Below are positions 36,798 through 48,334 of a DNA stretch of 64,000 nt, one piece after another. The stretch spans positions 62,001 to 126,000 of the forward strand of contig CDMY01000274.1 in NCBI GenBank assembly GCA_001179505.1, given 5' to 3'. How positions within the stretch are numbered: position 1 is the stretch's first letter; each line of letters begins with the position of its first letter. A program made the translations under genes and the position numbers. Source of the stretch: Vitrella brassicaformis CCMP3155. Taxonomy: Eukaryota > Protista > Chromerida. The notes beneath the pieces are model-generated. The model saw only the letters and a list, made by a program, of their open reading frames with translations, did no database searches and was not told where the DNA came from.

Positions 36798-38526
36798 TCA
36801 GTCGGTTTGGTTGCCGTAGACGACAAAGAATGGGTTGAGTGTGTTCTCCTTGTTGTACCGCACCGGCTCGCCCTCTTCACACGGGGAGCCGCCTGTCGCC
36901 TGCAAACAAACATATGCACACACGAGTGAGGTCTGCGTGTGCCTCACGTGTGTGGACATCGATTGTGTATTGGCTGTGTGTTTGCAATTGCGAGTGACCT
37001 GGACGACTCTGCCACCAGCCTCGTTGACGATGGCGTGGGCGGCGCAGGTGTCCCACTCACCTACAGGACGATACACACACACACGATAGAGGGATGGATG
37101 GACGGATGGCATCATTGCTTGTGCATGTGTGTGTTAGGTACACGTGGGTGCGAGTCGTGGGTAGACGTGAGCCGTGCCCTCAGCGACCAGCATCAGCTTG
37201 ATCGACGAACTGATGCAGACAGACACACAACGACACATACACACACACACACACACACAGACACACACATCCACGGTCTCAAGTGGCCGCCCCGCCCCCC
37301 GCCGCTCATCACGCTGTCTACAGTCCTCACTCACTGACCCGAGCGATATGAGTGTGGGGTTTTTGTACTTGCTGATGAACTCCTGGGTCTCGGGCGTGTT
37401 GTGCGACCGCGACGCCACGATGGTGAGGCCCTCGTCGGCCTTGCTGAAGGTCGCCGCCTGGATCTTCCTGACCTCGTCGTTCTCCTCCTTGTAGGCACCT
37501 GACATGCACGGACGACGACAGACACAGACGGAGATCCCCACCAAGCTTCCACAGTGGGAGCTCCGTGTGTCTGTGTGTGTGCATGTTGTGCGTACCGAGC
37601 CCCTCTGCGGCCCAGTAAGCGATGCCCTGTGCCGGGATGGTCACCACCCCAGCGATGGGCGTGGGGCCTTTGCAGATGCCGATGTTGACCGTGAACTGAC
37701 CGTTGCCTAAACACACACACACACACACACGCGCATGAGAAAGCATGAATCACACGTGTGCGAAAAGCTGTCCGTCGATTGCCTACTGACGTTTGATGAA
37801 CTCTTTGGTTCCATCAAGTGGGTCGACGCAGAAGTAGTACTCCCAGTTCTTGCGCTCCTCGTAGGCCAGTTTCTCGTTCTCCTCGCTGACGATGGGCACA
37901 TTGGGGTAGAGGGTCGCCAGCGCCTCACAGATGACCTTGTTGGCCTCCCTGTCGGCGGCCGTCAGGGGCGAGCTGTCGCTCTTCATCTCGACCTCCCATT
38001 TGTCCTTCTCGCCCTCGTAAATGGCCATGATGGCCGCACCAGCACGCTTGGCTATCTTGACGATCTCAAGCACGTCCACCAATGTGCTCCCGCACTGCAC
38101 CTTCATCGTCGACAGCGCCAGGAAATCGCTCGTCGTGATCCCCGTGTTGGGCGCCGGGTAGCTCTTGGCCGAAACAACGGTGGATGATGAGGGGGTGGCC
38201 GATGGTTGTGCAGCAGCTGTCTGTGAAGGGGCCTCTGATGCGGGAGTCGGCATCAATGGACGCGCGAGGGGCTGGAAGAGCGCAGCAGCCTCGGGGAGCA
38301 GGGCGCTTTGACACAAAAGCCGACGGCGGTGGGGCGCTTGGGTGTCCTGGCAAGAGGGGATCTCCCGGCGTCTGCTCCTGCTGCTGCTGCTCCTGCTGCT
38401 GCCTGTGGTGGAGAGAGCGGCAGACGGCCTCGGCAGCACCGAGACGAGGAGAAGGGCGACGATTCGGGCTGAGGCGGCTGCTCCACGGCGAGGCGATGAC
38501 AGGTTTGAAAGAGGTGCCCAATGCAT
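36798..38526 (-). CDS. cysQ: 3'(2'),5'-bisphosphate nucleotidase, CysQ-type (inositol monophosphatase superfamily), with an N-terminal targeting-like leader
   Basis: KSDSSPLTAADREAN, VSEE, CVDPLDGTKEFIK, GQFTVNIG, VASRSH, GSSLKLMLVAEG, YPRLAPT, EWDTCAAHAIVNEAGG, YNKENTLNPFFVVYG*. Confidence 0.93.
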
Positions 38527-38698
38527 AAGCAATGCGCGGCGTTGGGGGTGAGATCTGTCAAGGCTAAGCTTGCAAGAGGCGCTTCCAGCTGCAGTCGGCG
38601 CTTGGCGACTTCGAGTGACGCCCACACCCATCGCTGTAGTGTTTTTGTGAGCAACGAAGAGGCAGCCATTTGATTGAGGCGTCAAAGCATCGCTGCTG

Positions 38699-39802
38699 AT
38701 GTGTGGTTCGGTGCCTGCTGAGCTGTGGCGCAGCGTTGTGCTGCCGTGCCTTCCCGTCTGTGAGCTTGTTGCCGCTCGAGCCACCGACAGATCACACGCA
38801 GCGGTGATCACGGCTGAGTTGCTTCTGCAGCGCATCGACGCCCTCCTCAGCCGCCATGGACTCACTGGCCTTATCGACATCGACCGCACCACGCCCTCTC
38901 TCAATCAGCCCGGAGGCCTTATCGGCATGATTCTTGGCCTGCTGAGGACATGCACGGCTCAGCTGGCCGGCCGACGGCTGACGCGCTTCGGCTACTTGGT
39001 GCGATGCCTTTATGTGCTGGAGCAGGGGGGCAGTGAGTGGCGTGTGATGGGCATGGTTGTCCGGCTGGCCGCCATTTATTGGCTGACGCCCAACGGGCTG
39101 CCCTTGACCATGTGGGTGGCTCACCTGCACAGCAAGTCGGCCTTTGATTCGGTGCCACTTGCCATGGCCATCTATCGGCTGATCGGACACCAACTGACAT
39201 ACAGAGGACAGCGCCTGGCGCTGCGGCGAGCCGCCAACGGAGAGTATCGGATCGGCGATTGGTCGTTTCGGGTGGTGCCGTTGGGCGAGCTGCCGGCCGA
39301 CCATCCCTACCGCAGCACATACAAGGAGAGCGACCCCGTCGTCCGGGACGACAGCTGGCTCCTCCGGTCCTCCACGGCATTCCTCACGTGGATGGTTCTG
39401 ACATGGTGGCCTGGTCATGAGGGAGTGGACTACAAGGTCGTGTCGTGGGGATTCATTGGCCGTGACGACCCCCGCTATCAGAGGCTGCTGACAGCTGGCG
39501 ACATCCCGGAGGAGCTGGGCATCACAGCCGACAACCGGACTGACGACGGGGACTTGAGTCGAGCGGATCCGATTGACTGTCGTTATGTGATTGTGAGCGG
39601 CTTCCGGCCGACCGACACAGTCGCTGCCTTTGTGCGGGTGGGGTGTGGGGGCGTCGGCCTGTTAACGACCGAGCCGGCTGCTGCTGGTGCGTCTGCCTCC
39701 CTCGATGAGATTTTCCCGGTGTCGATGCCCCGGTGGCGCAGTGTGCTGAAGCGCTTCGACCTGCAGAGTGACGTCATCGACAGAGGCCATGTGATGGTGT
39801 GA
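38699..39802 (+). CDS. Intronless lineage-specific family protein with an F-box-like N-terminal motif (member 1)
   Basis: 367-aa single ORF beginning VPAELWRSVVLPCLPVCELVAARAT; homologous to 51209-52264 and 45322-46582. Confidence 0.8.
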   Translation: MCGSVPAELWRSVVLPCLPVCELVAARATDRSHAAVITAELLLQRIDALLSRHGLTGLIDIDRTTPSLNQPGGLIGMILGLLRTCTAQLAGRRLTRFGYLVRCLYVLEQGGSEWRVMGMVVRLAAIYWLTPNGLPLTMWVAHLHSKSAFDSVPLAMAIYRLIGHQLTYRGQRLALRRAANGEYRIGDWSFRVVPLGELPADHPYRSTYKESDPVVRDDSWLLRSSTAFLTWMVLTWWPGHEGVDYKVVSWGFIGRDDPRYQRLLTAGDIPEELGITADNRTDDGDLSRADPIDCRYVIVSGFRPTDTVAAFVRVGCGGVGLLTTEPAAAGASASLDEIFPVSMPRWRSVLKRFDLQSDVIDRGHVMV

Positions 39803-40380
39803 CCGGTCCGACTGATGGCTGCGAGGCTCGCTCAGAACCGTAAGGACATTCTACACGTGTGATTGTGATAATATTTCAGCACTGCCTGCCTTGCCTGTTG
39901 AAGTGTGTTGTACTCGGACTGACGACTCTTCAGCCATCAAGCGAGCCATCATGACTGTCTATGGATCAATGTCCTGCGATGCGTGCGACCGATGCTGGTC
40001 AGTGCGATGCTATGCTTCCCTCTCTCCCTCCCTCCCTCGCTCCCCTTCGGTATATCTATGGCCCATCAACCTGGCCCCTCAGATCAACGTAACAATGCAC
40101 TCGTCGACCATCCACATGTTGATGAAGCCAGGGAGAGACACATGTTGATGCAGCCAGGGAGAGACAAAAATACTCAAAGCACAAAGCCTAAGATACACGG
40201 CGCAGCCAAGCTGCCCCCCCACCCTCGATGCGCAAAGATGGGAAATAACGCCATCCGCTGCATCGTTGCGTCCATCCATCCATCCATGAGGCCAGACACA
40301 CGCAAATGAATACACACACGTACACGACACGAAGGAGGCAAAAAGACATTCGCTCAGCCGGCCACTCAAAATCCCTGACA

Positions 40381-43300
40381 TCAACACACAAACAGAGGAC
40401 GGCAGTGATTTGGTGAGGATGCATGTCTCTCGTGCCGTCCCACTTGATCACTCACTTGTGGGTGTTGCGTGGGTGCACCGGTATCGGTGAGCAGGTGGTA
40501 CGGGCCGCTACTGGCCACTGCGGGCAGCCCGCCCTCGTCCACCTGTTCACTCACGGAATGCGCAATGTCCATCTCGAGATCACTCTGATCGATCAGGCAA
40601 AGACACACATACTCACACAGACAGACAGAGCCCTCCCTCCCTCCCTCCCTGTGTCCCTTGACTCACCATGAACATGTTGCGCAGAATCTCCTCTCTGCCC
40701 AGCATCGCCGACCGCCGGTGCAGCTCGTCCAGCGTGGGGTCGGCACTCGCCCGACGCAAAATCGTCCCGAGGTTGCCCCTCCTCAACGAAGAGGACGGCT
40801 GCCTACCGACACCGACCTCCCCAGCCACTGGCAATGCCGCGCCATTGCGGCCGTTAACCTCTGGCGGCATTTCTCCCAGGAAGTCAGTCTCGCCGACGAT
40901 GACCTCGGAAATGTCCTTGCTGCCGGTGCGCGTCTCGAGTTCTTTCTTCTTTTGGTTTTTGATGCTCTCGAGGGTGACGAAGGCGTCAACAACGGCGGCG
41001 ACGAGGATGTTGAGAATGAGGATGACGCAGATGATGTTGAAGGAGACCGTGTAGAGGCGGCAGAGCTTCCCGGCAGTGACCAGCTCCAAGCCGTCCTCCA
41101 GCACCTGCAGGACATTCAGTCATCACACACTTGTGGATGCGTGTGTGAGTTGTGTTGTGTGTGATGGTTGGTTGTTTGGTTACGTTCCAGTTGTTGACGA
41201 TGAGCATTGAGAAGAGGGCCGTGAGTGCGCCAGGCATGTTGTTGAAGTTGCAGCCCCAAAACTGCGCGTCAGACCTGCACACACGACACACAGATGAGAC
41301 AATCGGGGAGAGAGGTGACTTTCCTATACTCTTTCTCGTCATGTTGCTGACCAGTCTGTGTGTTGCAGCACGGGTGTGTCGGGCCAGATGAGTCCACCGA
41401 ACCATTGGATGCCCACAACGCCGTACACGTAGAAACACACACACAGGATGGAGCTCACTTGCAGGAAGGCACCCGTGGTGAACCATAGCGACACACCTGA
41501 AGACGTACACACACACACACACACACACAATGTAACCACACCAAACAGATCGCACCCGTTCACGATCACACAGAGCGACACGTGTGTGCTTCCTCCCCTC
41601 CCTTCTTACACAGCTGCTCCACCCTGGGAATGTGCCAGAGCACCCGCCCCAGCCGCAGCATCTGCACCACCGCCAGCGTCCTGGTCGAGATCTCCAGGCT
41701 CCATGACACAGCGTCATGCGACCCCTCCCCCCCGCCCCCGGCGGCCGCCGCTCCGGGCGGGAAGAACACCGCCAGAAAGGCCAGGATGGCCGCCTGGGCC
41801 GCGAACACCAGGGTGTCGAACCGGTTGGGTATCTGTGCTGTTCTGTTCCACACCCGCTCAAAGCCCACGCAAAAGAAGGCCGCCAGCAGGTCGATGGCGA
41901 AGGCGCACAGGAGGACCAGCTGCATGATGCCCCAGAAGGGGACATAGGAACCGTAGGGCACCCACACCTGTGTCGTGTGGTAGACAAATCGATCCACAGG
42001 CATACACATACACCATGAGTCGCTTAAGCGGCCTCGTTTCTCTGTCCCTCTTTCTCCCCCCTGTCTCTCTCACTTCGGTGGCTTGCGCGAGGGTCTTGGC
42101 GTTGAGGAAGGAGAGGGTCTGTGCCAGGGTGACCACGGCACTCACGACCACACAGGCGTCCATGACCAGCCCCCAGACGAGCGAGGCCGTCAGGTGCCCC
42201 ACCTGCATCTGGATGCGCCGCAGGATGCCCATCCGCTCCACCGGCGGGTTCTTGACCAGATGCACAGCGGGGTCGGCCATCACCACCGCAAGCCGCAAGA
42301 ACTCATGCAGCTCCAGCAGCCCCGACCTGCACAGCACACACACATCCATTAAGAGAGGACGGAGTGGTTCCTTTCTCCTCCTCACTGCAGACTCACTCAG
42401 TCACTCACCCAGAGAGGTCCATCAGCTCGAATATCCTCTCAGCCCGGCCCGTCTGGTACTCGAGCACATCGCTCTGCAGCGTCTCCTCAATGCTGTCCCG
42501 CTGGGGGTACGCCAGCCGCAACAAGGGACCCCCCACACTCAGCCGACTGGCAGAGGCCAGCCGCGTCAGCAGCGCCATGGAGGGTGTGGGCGCGCCCCTC
42601 TCCCCCTGTGACTCTGGCGCGCTGTCGCTCCGCCTGAATGAGTGGGACCGTCTCCGCCTCTTGATGCACGACCGACAGATGCCGCGCGGCTTAAGGGCGA
42701 GCCGAGGGTGGCTGGTCACTGGCGAGAAGTAGCCGAGGAAAAACTCGACGAATGTCTCGCGGTCGATGCCGTTGCCTTCGGGCGTCTCGGTGCGGAGCAG
42801 ATCGTAGGCGATCTCGATGGAGCGGTCCCGTGACGTGTAAAAGGCGCGCACCTCATCGCCTGACCGACAAGCAGACAGACAGACAGACAGACAATCCATT
42901 CACGGAACGACCCGCATGGCATAACAATGACGGACGAACGCAGCCGCCCACTCACTCACCGAGTTCCTCCCTGTAGTAGTAGTAGAAGGCCGCTTTGAGG
43001 ACGTTGGAGAGGAGGAAGAGGGTGACGACCATGAAGAAGACAAAGTAGAGGGCCGCCCAGCGGTTGATGTTGACGATGGGCATCATCACGTTGGGGAAGT
43101 TGACCGTCGTGAAGGTCACAAAGAGAAGGAAGAACGCCTCTGAGAAACTGACACAACCACACACACACACACACACACAGACAGACAGACAGATAAACAG
43201 ACAGACAGACAGACAGTCAGGTCGTCCAATGGCCACACCACACCATTTTTGTGTGTCCCCATGGCTCCGCACTGACCTCTCAAAGCCCTCCTCTGCCTCC

Positions 43301-44532
43301 CTGGTCCGCGCAAAGATCAGCACGCCGGCCCAGGTGAACAGAAAGAATACCGCGAAGCAGAGCAGGAAGACGTCCAGGGACGTCACGAGGGTGCGATACA
43401 CGCGCACCACCTCCTTCTGCGCCGTCTTGAAGATGAACACAACCATCACCTGGACACACACACATACACACACACACACACACACATCCACCCTGACCTC
43501 TCTCCGGAAAAACTTCCTAACCGGTCTGAACATTCGTGAGATGGTGGGCAGTGAGCCGTAGAGCGCCACCCGCCCCAGCTGCAGGCAGTCCACCAGCAGC
43601 AGCAGCCCCAAAAGGCTCAGGCCGATGATGCGCCTCGGGAAGGTCGTGATGCTCTTCCGACCATAGGTTAGGACACGCATCACAAACCGCGCGCTGAAGA
43701 CCAGCAGGCAGGCCATGTCGAGCGTGACGGACAGCCACCACGGCAGCAGGGGGTAGGTGGGGCTCTCGACGATGCGGCATGACGCCAGGTCTGATGGCGT
43801 CGCGATGAGGCCCCGCATGCACCAGCTGGGGATCTGAAGGAGAAGGAAGCAAAGGAGGAATCATCAGTCCGAGCTGTCGGTGGTGCGTGTGATGATGACA
43901 GACCTCGAAAAAGACCAGTGTGAGGTAGACGACTGTCGCCACAACCAGGAAGGGCTTCAGGCGGCGCTGCACGACGTACCACACGAGCGACCTCTCGTCG
44001 AGCTCCGTGGCCTTATCGTCAAGGCCTCTCCCCTTCCACGCCCTCTCAACCCAAAGAGCCGCCTGAGGCCCTCACGCACCACACCACACCACACATCCTG
44101 ACCTGGAGTGTTCACTCTTCCGTGCACAGCGATACTGCCCACCTTCTGCAGCCTGGCCACCCTCTCAATCTCAGTCTCGTTGCCCCGAAGCCCCCCGCTG
44201 CTGGTGGCCGTGCTGACGCCGCGGTGAAGACCCGCTCTGCCCACATCAGCTTGGTAGCGGTCCTCGGCATCCACCTCGGGAATGGACGCCGGCTGCGCGG
44301 GCAGTGTGGGTGGCTCGGCCGGGATATACGCAGTCGCAGGGAAGACCGTGGTGCTTGACTTCCGGCGAAAGCCGGTGGGAGCGCTGCTGGCGTGTGGAGG
44401 GCGGGCCGGACTGGCAGATGCAGACGAGAATGAAGCACATCGCGCGATGTTCATCGTCGAAGCGTTGGAGGGCTGCACAACCACACGTACGCGATTGGGA
44501 CAATTGAACCACCGAGGAGCATTCATACTCAT
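40381..44532 (-). CDS. TPC: Two-pore channel (TPC): two 6-TM repeats with an EF-hand-like linker; exact start and last exon uncertain
   Basis: Pore I SFSEAFFLLFVTFTTVNFPNVMMP...WAALYFVFF; EF-like RAERIFELMDLSG|SGLLELHEF; S4-II VVQMLRLGRVL; pore II CNFNNMPGALTALFSMLIVNNWNV; S6-II LYTVSFNIICVILILNILVAAVVDAF. Confidence 0.9.
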
Positions 44533-44803
44533 GGAAAGATCTGTGTGTTTGACAGTTTTTTTCGTACCAGATCTGAAAGCTTGTATACAACCAAAGCGGA
44601 CGGCCTCGCTGTTTCCAAGAGATGCTGTTTCCTCTCCCCTGGCAGTTGCGAGCTTTTCTGCGCGCTCAAATGCAAGAAGAGGACAGGTTGGATGCAGTTT
44701 TCTCCTCGCTGGAGTATCGCACTCTGCCCTATCAGCGACGTGCGAGGCGCAATTGCTGCTCCCTGGCGCAATTGCTGCTCCCGTCCATTAGCGTGTGTTC
44801 GAG

Positions 44804-46582
44804 ATGTCTGGTGACGCTGATGGCGGGAAGCGCCAGCGCGTCGACGGTCCGGCTGCCGCAGGTGAGCTGAGGGAGATGGAGAGGATGGGGTGAAGCATGG
44901 TATGAACAGATCATGTGCTGTGTGTTGTCAGATCATGGGATGAGTGGGATGTCATCGCACCAGCAGATGGATGCCGCCCATGACGCATCGGTGGGCGGTC
45001 TGTCCCATACACCTTGGACAGCCCTCTGTGCGCCACCATAACTCTGTCTTCTCTGTCTGTGTGCAGGCGGCCGGCGACAGTCTCAGTTTTGAGGAGCTGC
45101 AGCGGCGCTTCTCAGTACTGCTGGCACAAGTGACACAGGTGAGGACGCGATGACGATACACATCCACACACACAGCTCGGCCTTGTGTTGGTCAGGTGGA
45201 GTGTGATGTGACGACCATTGAAGGCTCGTTCGTCGCCAATGTCGAAGCCCAGGTCAGAGCCTTCATCCCATCACCACCGCCGCCATAACTGGTTCCTCTC
45301 TGTCTGTGTCGATGGCCTCAGGTGCCCTCTGTTGCTCCTCACTGGTCCACCCTCAAGAGCAGCATCTCGGCCGCCTCTGACGCCCTCACCGCCATCACAC
45401 AAGGCATGGCGGCCCCTCACTCACCCCAGGCCCCTCCCTCACACCCCCACCCCTCCCTACCAGCCGCCCATGCCCCCACTCAGACCACAAACAATACAGC
45501 TGCAGACGGCCTGCCGCCTGATGTCTGCCGCGACGTGGTCTACCCGATGCTGTCGGTGGATGAGGCCGTCTGCTCGGCCCGCCGCATCAGTTGGGCACAC
45601 GGCAGACAACTCGTCAATGAGGCCTTCATTCAGAGCCGCGTCGACAAGCACCTCACGGACAACAACCTCACCGGCCTCATCGACATGCAGCGCCCGACAC
45701 TTCAGTACTACACCAAGTGCGCATATGCACTCGAGTACGGCGGGGCGGTGTGGTGTGAGTGGCCCGACTTCATCCGGCTGGCTGACATCTACAAGCTGAC
45801 GCCGTCGACTGGTTTGCTGCCTTTGATCATGTCGCCCCAGTGGATGGCGCAGCACTTCCGCAGCAAGAGGGACTTCCACTCGATGCCCGCGGCCCTCCGC
45901 CAGTACAGCACATTCGGCCACCTCCTCAACTACCGGGGGACCAGCCTGGCGCTCACAAAGGTGGATGAGGCCGGTGATAGCAATGAGGGCAAGAAAGAGG
46001 CCAAGAAGGAGGGGGAGGGTGGGGTGACGCGGCAGCGGTATCGCATCGGAGACGGTGGCGTCACCCTCCATGAGTTCGAGACGGTGCCGCTGTCCGCCCT
46101 CCCTCCCGACAGCCCCGTCCGTGACACATATGATCCCCACAACCCGCCCATCCGCCTCGGTCTCCCCCTCTCCCCTTCGTTCACGGCCTTCATGAAAAGG
46201 ATGGTCTTGGACATGTGGCGTGACCAAGAGAGGGTGGGTCAGAAGCAGGTGTTCCGGGTGGGAGGGGGCGGTGGTCATGAGGGCTATCGGTCGCTGCTGA
46301 CCTGTCCCATCGACGGCCACACCACCATCAACTTTCATCTTCACCGCCGAGGAGGGGGATCGTCGGCGACGGCGACACATCATCCTCAAGGGCATGAGGG
46401 AGGGCGACACCATCTCCGCCCAACTGTACCTGCACAGTGGTCACATCCAGCTCTACACGACCGAGGTGGAGCTCGAGGGCCACACGCGGCTGTCTGACCA
46501 GTTCCCCATCGCGATGTCCCTGGTCCGCCCCCTGCTGACCAAACACGGACTCGCCCACATCATACCCATCATGCCGCAGTAG
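44804..46582 (+). CDS. F-box-like family member 2 with a short coiled N-terminus; apparent +1 frameshift near 46334 (pseudogene or sequencing error)
   Basis: ATG at 44804 MSGDADGGKRQRVDG, three small introns, then a large exon GLPPDVCRDVVYPMLSVDEAV...NNLTGLIDMQR. The family C-terminus (IQLYTTE...FPIAMSLVRPLL) lies in the +1 frame. Confidence 0.7.
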
Positions 46583-48334
46583 AGAAGACCACACAGGTGA
46601 GCCAAGGGGAGGACAACAGGCAGGCAGTGCCACAGATGGTGGTCTGTGTATCTTGTGTGTGTGTCTGCGTGTCTGTGTGTGTGATGGTGTGCAGGTTGAC
46701 TTGTTCCGAGTATTGGCTGAGAGTCTCAAGTAGATGGATGGATGGATGGACCGAGGGGTCTGTTTCGAGTGCCCAGGGGCCGAGAGGCCAGTGGTCGCAT
46801 GGATGGATGGGTGGGTGGGTGTGTACGTGGATCTTCGTTTCAAGCGACACTTTTTCCCAAAGACATCTTGACGACGGCAGACCATTTTCTGCCGACGTGC
46901 GCATCAGAGAGAGAGAGAGAGAGCCGAGAGTTGCGTCGGTTATTTCCCAGCGGTGGACGTCCAGGTCTTTCTGTGTGTGGCGTGCCCGTCTATCTGTCTG
47001 TCTGTCTGTCTGTGTTTCGGAATGACGCGCACGCGTATCTATCAGTTACGTCGGCGGCATGCACCAGTAGGTAGATCTTCTACTAGGCGGCATTGCCAGG
47101 AAAACGACGCCATGTCTGTTTTCTTAGTGCCTGCGTCGATGTGCCTGGTGGTGGTCGTGTGTGTCGTAGGCCTTCCCTCTCTCTCTCTGTCTGTCTGACT
47201 GACTGATTGACTGACTGACTGACTGACTTAATAATCCCTTGCGCGTCTTTTGTGTTGACGCATACGTGAGCGGCACAAAGACCCGATGTCAGCACCGCCT
47301 TGTCCATCTTGTTGTTCTGTGCTGTAACGCTGACTGGTGGGTGGCGTGTGTGCCTTGGTGAAGGAAGCGGCTCAGTGGTTCATTCCATTCCATGGCATTT
47401 ATACACATGTAGGTAGGTATGTATGTATGTATGTGTGCGTCTGTGTGCATACGACACTCACTGGTATGAGACAGACAGACAGACAGGTGGCTGGGCGAAA
47501 GACACACAGGGGAGAGGCCAACACGCGACACATCCAGCCAGCTGTGGCGTGGGGCATGTGTGTCTTCTGCCTTTATCTATATTGTCACTCTCCGACGGCT
47601 TGAAAGTGATTACCGTCCAGCGCTTCTTTGCCGTTTTTGATGGTCTTTGCTCCGTTCCATTCCATCACATCACATACACTTTCAAGGCGCTGTCCGGTGT
47701 CCGCGTGTCATTCACGTGTGTGTGAACGAGACGGACGGCTGAGCGAGGCGCAAAGAGATACATACAGCTGGTGGCTGGGGGGTGCGTGTGAGTGAGAGTG
47801 TGCGTGTCTTCTGCCTCAATGCATCGTCGCTGTGTGTGGTGGTACTCGATCGATCGTTGCATGGTTCGGGGCGGGCGGGTGCACCAGACAGACGGGCGAG
47901 TGCATGGAAGTGCGGCCGCTCTTTTTTCGGCCAGAGAGTGTTGCATGCCTCCCTCACACTTTCTACGCGTCCGCCGATGTGCATGTCTTTATCGTGTACA
48001 GTACGCAGTCGATGAATCACTCCCTACCTGACTTTCTTTGCGCACGACGCTCGGAATTATCATCCCCAGAGACATAAGGCGACAGTTTTCCAGATGTGCG
48101 CCTCCCTGAAACCGCTGTGCCGGACGCCTGAGTCCGAGCTTTTCTCCGAGCTCTCAAGGTGGAGGGATATTCCTGCATCCAGCGTAGTCCTACGCGCACT
48201 CAGGTGAGGCATTTCCATGATTCACATCGCCGGCACACGCCTCGTCCATTGATTGATGATCCTACCAATCTATTATCCCTGGGTCTATCAGTAACGGGAG
48301 ATCAGCAGGACCGGCAGCAGGAGCAGATCACCAG

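Noticed and set aside
38527-38904. In-frame 5' extension of the cysQ ORF overlapping the F-box-like gene
   Set aside because: It is the reverse complement of the neighbour's coding sequence (the same peptide appears antisense at 52050); ATG 38526 gives a sensible leader.
46600-48300. Short ORFs in the microsatellite-rich interval (also 26400-27400 and 57200-58500)
   Set aside because: They are dominated by CVCV/THTH peptides from dinucleotide repeats and form no consistent exon chain, so they are treated as UTR or intergenic.
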